NCBI RefSeq assembly: GCF_006345805.1
Contig: NC_043020.1
Span: 6,820,001-6,884,000, forward strand
DNA length: 64,000 bases
Direction: 5' to 3'
From: Octopus sinensis
Taxonomy: Eukaryota
The translations under genes were made by a program, and so were the position numbers. Positions 52,166 to 64,000 of the stretch are shown here, piece after piece (the stretch's first letter is position 1; every line of letters begins with the position of its first letter). The notes below the pieces were generated by a model. The model did not search any database, was not told the origin of the DNA, and saw only the letters and a program-made list of their open reading frames with translations.

Positions 52166-54605
52166 TTATTATTATTATTCTCAATGTAATAAGTTGGGTT
52201 AAGTTTGGGCCAACAATTTTATCCTACTAACCTCGTTAACAATGATGATAATTATTCTAATCATCATCTCCAACACTGGCATAATGTCACAAGTTTTCTG
52301 GTTTTTAATCCTCAAGTGATGGGGTGGGAGATAGGTGAGAGAAAGGAGTGTAGTTGATTTAATTAACTCAAAACAGTTAACGAGTTAATTATCTGCTATA
52401 TTGCTGGTGTATATATAAAATCGACCTCACCTCCTGCTTTCAAACCTATTTCTCCCCCGTCACCACTTCATGCATCTACAAGAATTTTGTAGGGTTTTTT
52501 TACGCGTACGCTGAATATCATTATCACGACTGTTATTTGTTATTGTTGTTATCATTTTTTTTAATAAGGGGGTAATTAAATAATTACTCTGTATGTGAAA
52601 ATAAACAATAATCATAATAAATATGAAACAGAATCAATGATAATTTGTACACTTGGAATGGTAACTGATCAAAATCATCCCCTAAGCATTACTCTACCCC
52701 CAGTCACCCCACCCATAGTACCCCACCCCCTACAGAGTACCTAATAACCAGATTCAAAAAGTCGATGGTTTCTGCAATCATCTCTCAGTGAAATATCACA
52801 AGTTACAACGCAAATGCCACAAGATCACTCCCCAATATTATGACAACTTCAATGACATAACTGGCGCTCCGCCGGTTACGATGACAAATGTTCCAATCGA
52901 TCCGATCAATGGAACAGCTTGCTCGTGAAATTAACGTGCAAGCGGCTGAGTACTCCACAGACATGCGTGTATCCTTAGTGTAGTTCCCGGGGAGATTCAG
53001 CATGACACGGAGTGTGACAAGGCTGGCCCCTTTGAGTTACAGGTACATCCCGTTTTTGTCAGGTGAGTAGAATGGAGCAACGTGAAATAAAGTGTCTTGC
53101 TCAAGGACACAACGTGGCACTAGGAATTGAACTCACGACCTTGTGATCATGAGCCAAATACCTTTACCACTAAACCACATGCCTTCAGCAGCAACAGATG
53201 ATAAAGTCACTAGGTTTATAAAGCCTTAAGAATTAACGCTGTCACTGCCTATGGGTGTAGCAGAGTGGTTAATCCCAGGCAAGGCACTAAGTTGAATCAG
53301 AAGACACCTGAAGACAGCTGGAGCATACAACAGCCAAAACATAATGCAGAGAAAGCAACAATCAAAATGAACTCACCAGTCTGGCTAATGTAAACAGTAT
53401 ACATTATATAAATTTTTCATCTCAGCCTCCCCAAATACAATTACACAGACTATACACAGCACATTCTACGCAGTCTCCTCCCAATACTATATAACACAGT
53501 TTTGTTTGTTCCTTCTCGAGCCACGCCTGGTCCATAAGGGCCGGTTTCCCTGTTTCCTTGGCGTACAGGTTCCCCACCTGGATGGGACGCCAGTCCGTCG
53601 CAGGTGAGCTGCAAGATGCAGGAGGAAAGAGTGAGAGAAAGTCGTGGTGAAAGAGTCAGCAGAAGTTTGCCATTACTTCTGCCAGAGCCACATGGAGCTT
53701 AGGTGTTTTCGCTCATAAACATACACATCGCCCAGTCTGAGATTCGAACTCACGATCCCTCGACCGCAAGTCCACTGCTCTAACGACTAGGCCATGTGCC
53801 TCCACTATATAACACAGTTTACACAACACACATTTAATATAACCACCTCTCAATAGCATAGCACATTTTATACACCATATTTTCTATACAATCACTTCAT
53901 AATACTGGTTATATTTCTAAAAATAGATAAATTATTAAAATTTTTTTTATACAATAATTAATAATTTTGAATTATATTCTTGAGACAATAATTAATCATT
54001 TTTAATTATAAAGATATGATAAGCTATTTTTTTCAAACACTGAATGTTTATTAGGCTCCAGAGTAAAATGGAAATTAAAGGGGTCCACAGGTAAAACTTG
54101 GTTGAGAACCATTGCTCACCACAATCATAAACCCCCATATATATATAAGTAGTTAAATGAATTATCCTAGTATGGATAATTCGGTTAACCGATACCTGGG
54201 TAGCAAATTCACGTCAGAAAAACACGGTTGAAGCTACATGCCAAGGGCAGAGATCACGTGCTTTCATGTGGAAATTCGTGTGTTTTTTATTATAAGTAAA
54301 TGAAAGAATGGAAGAACTCCATTCTTTCATTTATATATATATATATATATATAACTTACACACTACATATTCTGCAAAATTGCTATCTGCCCTCCTCCAC
54401 TATAAAGACTTTCTAAACACACAAAAGAGAAACTATAAATACATGACACAAGACAGTCTCAATTAAATATAATACAAATTCTTTCTCAATATATCATGGA
54501 AATTTGTTGACTCTCTACAATGAAGACATCACGTGGAACCACTGGAAAGACATAATTGTAATGAGAACCGGATTTTGAATGGAAAAGAAAAACAAATCTA
54601 GCAAT

Positions 54606-54980
54606 GGTGCAGGTGTGGCTGTGTGGTAAGAAGTTTGCTTCCCAATCACATGGTTAGAGGTTCAATCCCACTGCATGGCACCTTGTGTAAAGTGTCTTTC
54701 TACGATAGCCTTGGGACAACCAAAGCATTGTGAGTGGATGATTTGGGAGACGGAAACTGAAAGAAGCTTGTCGTATGTATGTGTGTACCCCGCCACCAGC
54801 AAACAATCAGTGTTGGTGTGTTTATATCCATGTGACTTAGCAGTTCAGCAAAAGAGACCAATAGAATAAGTACTAGGTTTTTAAAAAAATAAAGTCTTGG
54901 GGGTCAATTTTCTTCATCTAAAACCCTCCAAAACAGTGTTCCAGCCTGGCCACAGTCAGATGACCAAAAAGATAAAAGAT
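54606..54980 (+). mobile_element. SINE family A, old copy
   Basis: Diverged head, body and tail. Confidence 0.7.
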
Positions 54981-56808
54981 AACAAATTATTGGAGTAATC
55001 TTCCATAGATACAGTCCAGAGGATTGGGTTTTAAGGTAAACATAGACACATCGAAGAAGCTCTAACTTTTACAAATAAAATAAAACCTATTATTAAATCT
55101 GAACTACTTTAGAGCTACAAAAAAGCTACAAGGGGTAGATAGAATGCATGGACCATGAATAGAATAATAAAGGACCAATATCAAAAGGTATTGAGAGGAA
55201 GATAAAGGAAATGGGGAAAGAGGGCCCAGTAGAGCTGTTGCAAAAAGTTTGCTTCTTTGGCACGACCAGAATTATCAGGAAAGTCATGGCACTCTGTCGG
55301 TTATGACGATGAGGGTTCCAGCTGATCTGATTAACAGAACAGCTTGCTCATGAAATTAATGTGCAAGTGGCTGAGCGCTCCACAGACACGTGTACCCTCA
55401 ATGTAGTTCTTGGGGAGATTCTGTGTGACACAGAAATGTGACACGGCTGGCCCCTTTGAGATACAGGTACAACAGAAACAGGAAGAGTGAGAGAAAGTTG
55501 TGGTGAAAGAGTACAGCAGGGATCGCAGCCACCCCGCTGCCAGAGCCTCATGGAGCTTTAGGCGTTTTTGCTCAACAAACGCAACACCCGGTCTGGGAAT
55601 TGAAACCACGATCCTATGACTGCGAGTCTACTACCCTGACCACTGGACCATTGCTCCTCCACTTCAGGAAATTACTAGATAGCTGAAAAGAACAAAAAGC
55701 ATAATAATGTAGGCTGTTGGTAGTAAAACCTTCTGTTCATGCAAGGTTCCAGGAGTTTTCAACAAAACCCGAGTTAAAACAATGATAACAATACAATATT
55801 GTTACCAGTTCAAATATGCTTGTGGCACGTTTGGACTCATAAATAAGCCATTCGTTGTGTTTTGCCATGGAGAAAATTCCTTTTTGTAGACAAATGGTGT
55901 AAATGCACCCAATTCAGTTTGCAGTGCCACCTATTCAGGCTGTGAGTTGCAAGCATTTCAGAGTGGTTATTTCCTCTTCAGTAACAGACACTAAGCATGG
56001 GGGGATGCTGTGAATTCATAAAAGAGATCGTTTCTCTTATGTTATTTCAGTCACCGTTTGGTGGCTCACTGTAAGCAAATTATGGAGGGGGAGCACTCCC
56101 TCACCATAATAATAATGATAATAATAATAATAATAATAATGGCTTCTGATTTAGGCAAAAGGACAGCAATTTTTGAAGGAGTGAGTATATTCAATACCCT
56201 CAGCCAGCAGTAAATTGGTTTGTATTTTATCTTATGTCAACCCTTAATGAATTAGAAAGAAAGTTGGCCTTGGCAGGATTTGAACTCAGAATGCAAAAGA
56301 GCTGGCACAAATACTGTCAAAGCATTTTCCCAATGCTATAACGATTCTGCCAATCTACTTGCTAATAATAATAATAATAATAATCCTTTCTTGCTTTGGC
56401 CAAATGCCAGAACAGTGATGATGATGATGATGATAATAATAATAATAATAATAATAATAATCCTTTCTACTAAAAGCACAAGGACTGAAATTTAGTGGGA
56501 GGGTACTATTTGATTACAACGACCCCAGTATCTCACTGGTACTTATTTTAGCGATGCCGGAAGGATGGAAGTTCAGCCTCTAGTGGGAATTGAACTCAGA
56601 ACATAACAATGAACAAAATGCTTTTTAAACATTTTGCCTGGGGTGGGAATGATTCAGCCAACCCACCACCTTCACAATAATAATAATAATAAAAACAAAT
56701 AATAATGGTAATAATAATAATAATCATAATGATGATGATGGTTTTGAAATTTTGACACAAGGTTAGCTGTTTTGTGGGAGGGTTAAGTCAATGATATCGA
56801 CCCCAGAG

Positions 56809-57045
56809 TACAGGCAGCGAGCTGGCAGAACCGTTAGCACGCCGGGCGAAATGCGTAGCCGTATTTCGTCTGCCGTAACGTTCTGAGTTCAAATTCCGCC
56901 GAGGTCAACTTTGCCTTTCATCCTTTCGGGGTCGATAAATTAAGTACCAGTTACACACTGGGGTCGATGTAATCGACTTAATCCGTTTGTCTGTCCTTGT
57001 TTGTCTCCTCTGTGTGTAGCCCCTTGTGGGTAATAAAAAAAAACG
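56809..57045 (+). mobile_element. Young full-length SINE family B with 16-bp TSD, nested in an antisense family B copy
   Basis: TSD gatatcgaccccagag at 56793-56808 and 57046-57061; A-rich tail. Confidence 0.88.
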
Positions 57046-57747
57046 GATATCGACCCCAGAGCTCAACTGGTACTTAATTCATCGACCCCCCGAAGGGATG
57101 AAAGGCAAGGTCAACCTCGAACGACAACAGTGCTCTTTGGATTTTTGTATATGACAGAGCAAAGAGAAAATATTAGCACACACATAGTTATGTGCTGTGA
57201 CATTAGAGCACGATGTTATGTTTGTGTGTGTGGGGTTTGGTTTTTTGGGGTTTATAAAACATGGTTGGTTAAGCATTTTGATACAAAAGAAAATATTAAA
57301 GGATTTGGTATTGGTTATTGAGATATTTGTAGAGTCTTGCAGATGTCTACATTCAACATACACTCACAAATGTACATGTCTGTGTGTGTGTGAGAGCTTT
57401 TGTAAGGGAAAGGCCGACAGTGGCTTCACAGAATCAACTTACTTGCTGCCATCACACAGCGATAATGGCAAGCAAGCCAAAACATCAAGTCACTATTGTT
57501 AATCATTTGGTTTAATGTTACACTCTTTTTATATATGATTTGACATAAAAATAAAAATATTTATACATACACACACACACACACATATATATATGTACAC
57601 TTTTATTAAAGCTGCAAAAGTTACTCAGAGTTTCACATTCCCGTTTGTCGGAAAGTTGAGTTGAATATTCATTACAACTGTCTGATAAATGGGTATGTAA
57701 AACTCTGAGTAACAGTTTCCGGCTTCTGCTGCATAGTTTCTAGAGAG

Positions 57748-58055
57748 CCAATGAGAGAGCTTGTACTAAATAGTTGCCATGAACAAATGAGAATACTTCT
57801 ACATGGCCACCGTGAACCAATGAGAGGGCTGCTACACACACACTTATAACCAATGAGAGTGCCTCTACCAGAGATTCTCTAAGGAGGACCAATGAGAGAT
57901 TTTCCCATAGTCATGTGAAGTAGTATAGATGCCCAAGCGCCAATGAGAAGACTTGAATACATTGTCACCAAAAGCAACCAATGAGAGAGTGACAATATAG
58001 ATCACATGATCTACTAAATGCAGCAATGTATAAATTCTTGTCTCTGCCCCGCCCC
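57748..58055 (+). promoter_or_regulatory. Cluster of 7 CCAATGAGA(G) boxes with E-box palindrome, TATAAAT and GC box (candidate NF-Y promoter/enhancer)
   Basis: Motif at 57748, 57784 (CAAAT variant), 57817, 57850, 57889, 57940 and 57978; TAGATCACATGATCTA 57998-58013; TATAAAT 58029; GCCCCGCCCC 58046. Confidence 0.55.
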
Positions 58056-58678
58056 ACACTCTGTACTTGGTTCTTGAACATTTAAGAGAACATTTTCTTT
58101 TTTCACCAAGTCCTTGTTATGCTGAACTGGAATGTCCCAAACTCTTCCTATTGGTGACATTTAAAAAGAATAGCATTTTCCATGACACATTAGTAGTACT
58201 GGAGCCATAAAAAAAAACCGAAATACAAAAGGGAGGACCAAGTGCACGGAGGACCCAGTATACGCTGCACAAGGGTTAGGGTCAAAAAGGGCATGATACC
58301 CAGCCAAAGGAATCTCACAAAAGCAAAACACAAGAGCATAACACAACCACCCTCAAACCGTCCAACTCATGCCAGCATGGAAAATAGATGTTAAATGACA
58401 ACGACGATGATGATGATGATGATATCAAGTTTCTTTAGTGAAACAAAAATTAACTAAATCTCAAGTCACGTGCCACTAATTAACACGTCTAATTGTAATT
58501 TGTGATCATAAACATTCTTGTCCGATTGCTCTTATGAGGCTCACTTTAGGCTTCCTTTCTTTGACAGAGCCGACTGAAATAAGTACAAGTCATGTACTGA
58601 GATAAATGTTATTGATTTTCCCCCTCCCCTCAAAAACTACTCGTCCTGTATCAAACTTTGAAACCATTATTATTATTA

Positions 58679-58978
58679 CTAGCTGACCCCATGCCATCAA
58701 AAATGGCAGCTAATTGTAATACTTTATATATAAGGTACATAATAATCACACACGCAAATATTCACATACTTCCCTTGTACACGTACGCACGCACACACCC
58801 ACACACACACACAGAGTTGAAATGCTGATTTTTTTTCACCCCTTCCTTTCTCTCATTGCTATTATTTTCTCTCACTCCCTCTCAGTCAGAGCTATTACTC
58901 TCACTACTTCTCCTTCACTGAATTACTATTTTCTCTCCTCCTCCATGTCCGTCGTAATTCTGGACAATAAATAAATAA

Positions 58979-59015
<37 letters not shown>

Positions 59016-59054
59016 AATATATAAAAACACTACGCTCATTATTATATTTGGAGA
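58679..59054 (-). mobile_element. Probable non-autonomous Helitron relic
   Basis: Minus strand begins A|TC and ends CTAG|T, inserted within an (ATT)n tract; hairpin is degraded. Confidence 0.45.
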
Positions 59055-59067
59055 TTATTATCATTAG

Positions 59068-59525
59068 GGTTGTGAGCTGGCAGACTCGTTAGCGCACTGG
59101 ACGAAATGCTTATCGGTATTTTGCCCATCACTACATTCTGAGTTCAAATTCCGCCGAGGTCGATTTTACCTTTCATCCTTTCAGGGGTCAATAAATGAGG
59201 TACCAGTTACACACTATTGACTATTCCCTTCCCCCAAAATTTCAGGCCTTGTACCTATGGTAGAAAGAAGGATTATTATTATTATTATTATTATTATTAC
59301 TAAGGTGACAAGCTGGCAGAATCGTTACCAATTCAAAATTGTTACCAATGCTAAGCAGCATTTGATCTGTCTTTAAGTTCTGAGTTCAAATTCTGCCAAG
59401 GTCGACTTTACCTTTAATCCTTTCGGGGTTGATAAATTAAGTACCAGTTATGCACTGGGGTCGATGTAATCGACTATTTCTGTCTCACAAAATTTCACGT
59501 CTGGTGCCTTTAGCAGAAAGGATTA

Positions 59526-59562
<37 letters not shown>

Positions 59563-60547
59563 GCTGGCAGTATTGTTACCAATTCAGAATTGCTACCAAT
59601 GCTTAGCGGCATTTTATCTATCTTTACGTTCTGAGTTCAAATTCCGCTGAGGTCGACTTTGCTTTTCATCCTTTCAGGGTCAATAAATTAAGTTGCATAT
59701 TTGAGTTAATCTAATTGACTGGCCCTCACTCCCCAAAAATGTCAGGCCTTGTGCCTAGAGTAGAAAAGGTTTCTATTATTATTATTATTATTATGCTTGG
59801 TGGTATTTCATCTGTCTTTATGTTCTGAGTTCAAGTTCTACGGAGGTTGACTTTGCCTTTCATCCTTCCAGGGTCGATAAAATAAGTACCAGTTGTGTAC
59901 TGGGGATCGAAGTGATCGACTTACCCCTCCACCAAAATTGCTAGCCCTGTGCCAAAACTTGAAATCATTGTCACTATTGTTATTTTGGTTGTTGTTGCTT
60001 TGTTTCAATATGAGCTGTTTCAAGTTTCACCCTGAGACCTCCAGAAACAGCAAGTTTGATTTTTTTACAGTGAGTGATATTTATGGAGAGCAATGATACA
60101 TTTTGGGGGAAAAGAGACAAAAATACTGGAAATTAAGATTTTGTTAAAAGTTTGTTGCAAAATTTACAGATTTTGAAAGAGTTTATAAGATTCAAATATT
60201 CTCAGGTTGACAGTGGTTTTTTTCCCATAAGATGTGGGCTGTACTCACAAGAACAGTTTTCTTTTTTGTTTTGATACACTGGGGTTTCTTGGTGTTGTTT
60301 TCCATTGTTATTATTGTTATTATTATTATTAAGACACAAAGCCGGCAGAATTTTTTGCGTGCCAGGTGAAATGCTTAGCAGTACATTGCCTGTGGCTACA
60401 TTCTAAAATTCAAATTGCACCGAAGTTGACATTGCTTTTCATCCTTTCGGGGTCAATAAATTAAATACCAGTGAAACACTGGGGTCGATGTAATCGACTC
60501 ATCCCTTCCCCACAAATTACTACCCTTGTGGAAAAATTTGAAATTAT

Positions 60548-60582
<35 letters not shown>

Positions 60583-60735
60583 ATTATCATCATCATTATC
60601 ATTATTATTATTATTATTTATTTTTATTAAGGCAGCAAGCTGGCAGAATCACAACGTTGGACAACGTTTCTTGTTGCCTTTGCTACAGTTCTTTGCATAC
60701 TGAGTTCAAATCGTACCAGGATCAACTTTGTCTTT
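59068..60735 (+). mobile_element. Cluster of ~6 SINE family B copies separated by (ATT)n
   Basis: Repeated gagttcaaattc..ctttcatcc..gtaccag units, all in the same orientation. Confidence 0.75.
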
Positions 60736-61264
60736 AATTAAATCAACTGACCCCACCCCCAATACCAAGTCTGTGGCTTTCTGCAACCATATTTCATTCA
60801 ACACTGCCTAGTGCACCTCTAAGACATATATATATATATATAATTGTATATATAAATATACACATATATATACATACACACATACATAATATACATATAT
60901 ATTATATACATATATATATACATACATATATACATACATAATATACATATATATTATATATATATATACATACATATATATATACACTAATATACATACA
61001 CACATACATAATATACATATATATTATATACATATATATATACATACATATATACATACATAATATACATATATATTATATATATATATACATACATATA
61101 TATATATATTATATACATACATATATACATACATAATATACATATATATTATATACATACATATATAGATACATATATACATACATAATATACATATATA
61201 TTATATACATACATATATAGATACATATATACATACATAATATACATATATATTATATACATAT

Positions 61265-61296
<32 letters not shown>

Positions 61297-61418
61297 TATA
61301 TACATACATATAATAAGATTATATACATACATAATATACATATATATTATATCATTATACATACATACTATATATATATATATATATATTATATACATAC
61401 ATATATATATATATTAAT

Positions 61419-61449
<31 letters not shown>

Positions 61450-61637
61450 ATATAATTATATCCGATGTACATAAATAAATACATACAGATACTCATATAT
61501 ACAAAATATACATACAAATATACACACACACACATATATACATACATATATATATATATAATATATATAAAATATATACTTATGTATATATACATATATA
61601 TATATACACATATACATATATATATATACATAACATC

Positions 61638-61670
<33 letters not shown>

Positions 61671-62139
61671 CATGCACACACACGCACACACACACACGTG
61701 TGTATACAAAATATTATCACATCAGAATTTATGCCACTGCATATTCTATTATCGTGATGTATCGTGAATGTTTTGCTCTTGCAGCTGATTTTACCGATAC
61801 AGATTCAAACGATAATGACAATGATGATGATGATAATTGTGATGATGATGATGACTGTGATGATAAATGACAATGAAAAGGATAATAATAATAATAATAA
61901 TAATGATAATAATAATAATAATAATAATAACATTTATTACATATGGTGATATGGTAAAACTATAATGGCCTGTATATACATTAATCTCATCTGGTGAATG
62001 CAATTAATATATATATATATAGTGTGTGTGTGTGTTTTTGTACATTTATACATACATAAATACTTACATTAATGTATGTATGTATATGCGTGTGTGTGCA
62101 TGCATATATATACTCACGCGCACACACATGTATATGCAT

Positions 62140-62172
<33 letters not shown>

Positions 62173-62301
62173 CATATTTGTATTTATCTTGTTAAAAATT
62201 GCATAATAACTATGTCATTATGTATGTGTGTATATGTATATGCATATATATATATATATAGTATGTATGTATATGCATACATATATATATGTATGTATGT
62301 A

Positions 62302-62352
<51 letters not shown>

Positions 62353-64000
62353 ATACATATATATATGTATATGTGTGTGCATGTATATATACATATATGT
62401 ATATATATATATATATGTGTGTGTATATATATATATATATATAATATATATAATGTATGTACATATTTTGAAAATTGTTTTCCACAGTGTGAATACTATC
62501 TCCAACTATACATGAACTATCATCCGCACCTATATCCATCCTTTCAATTATATATTTTTTTAATCTTGTATTTCAGATTTGTTATTTTTTTTTTGTTTTT
62601 TTTTTTTTTTTTTTAATGTAGAACCCATATTTTGGCAGTATAGTAGTCCAGGTGAAACGACAATGCCTCTTGTGCTACAACCTGGAGCTTTAAAAAACAC
62701 CTTTTTTTTTTACTGCCATGAAACTATTTGTTAATCCATTAATGAATATATATACACTATATATACATATATATATATATACATGTATACATACATACAT
62801 ATATATATACATACACACACATATATACATGTATACATACATATATATATACACACACACACAGATATATACATATATGTGTGTGTGCACTCATACACAT
62901 ACGTAGTGTATATATATATATGCATATGTATGCATACACACATATCTGTATATGTGTATAAATATGAGGGTGTGTGTGTACATACATATATATGTATGTA
63001 TGTATAATGATATAATATAAATTTTCACAAACACACACACATATATATGTATGTGCACTCATATGCATATGTAGTGTATATATATATATATGCATATGCA
63101 TGTATGTGTATGTATACACACATATCTGTATATGTGTATAAATATGAAGGGGGGTGTGTGTACATACATATATATGTATATATAATATAATATAAACTAA
63201 TTTTCACACACACATACACACACGTGTGTATATGCATATTCAGTGCTTCATGCATATATATATGTGTGTATATGTGTACAAGTGTGTATACATGATATAT
63301 GCATGGATTCATATGCTTCTGTACTTCTTTAAACTGCAAAGAAACACGTGACCCGAGGTCAATATAAACAGACCAAAGCTATTCCTTCGACCAAACGCCT
63401 CCCCTCCTCCACCAATAACACCCCTGTCCAACCCACCCCCAAGGAAAATGCATATAAATAAACACAGACCTATCCATTTCTAAACTAATTATACTGTATT
63501 GTTTTTGTTTTATTTCTAATTAATCTCCACCCATGCCAATCCCCAAGGAGTGGGTAATTACCAGACAGGAATGGATCCAACTGAAGGCATCTAATGTCAG
63601 AATATCTAATATTAGATGAAAGAGGGTTAACCCCCACCACCACCACCAATCAGATTACTCTGTCTAATTTAATCCTTATTAATTAAAATTGTCCTTAATT
63701 AATTCTGCATTATCTCACAGATTCAAGATTTCAATGACACGACTGTTTTATTCTTAGAATGACATTGTAGGACAGGTTAGAAAGGTTGGATCTAGTCAGT
63801 TTGAACATAAAGCAGGTTGAATGTTTTGGTCAGTAATGGTCAGTTTAAATGCTAATGGGTCAACTAATGAAAAAAGTATGTATGTATGTATGTATTGGCC
63901 TACCCACCTAGCCAGTGAGATGGCATCATTTGAAGGCTACAACAATGTGAGTGCATGCTACTGACAAACCCCAACAACGCAGAAATCCCTATCTAGTAGT

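Noticed and set aside
57748-57990. CRISPR-like repeat-spacer pattern
   Set aside because: Constant part is only 9-10 bp, spacing is variable, there are no cas genes and the context is eukaryotic; better read as a transcription-factor site cluster.
41702-64000. Downstream MACPF or other coding exons extending the gene
   Set aside because: No convincing coding exon besides 50878-50960 was found by eye; small exons cannot be excluded without RNA data.

Overview
Eukaryotic, AT-rich, microsatellite- and SINE-saturated DNA with no prokaryotic features; the repeat families look like those of Octopus (cephalopod), which is an inference. Nearly all ORFs in the track are microsatellite or repeat artefacts. 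One real spliced gene was reconstructed by hand on the + strand (exons 21909-21991, 33550-33717, 40100-40273, 41472-41636/41701, 50878-50960; all GT-AG, all phase 1). It encodes a ~212-218 aa protein with signal peptide, TSP1, TSP1, LDL-receptor class A domain and a hydrophobic GPI-like tail, apparently with two alternative tails. The rest comprises tRNA-derived SINEs, an RTE-clade LINE remnant with a PHD-like finger inside its RT (its 3'UTR seeds 63-bp and 46-bp VNTRs), mariner and maT-type transposon relics, TTAA MITEs, Helitrons, Penelope-like palindromes carrying hammerhead ribozyme motifs, two local inverted duplications, and a periodic array of seven CCAATGAGA boxes. Repeat boundaries are approximate, and no database searches were run.
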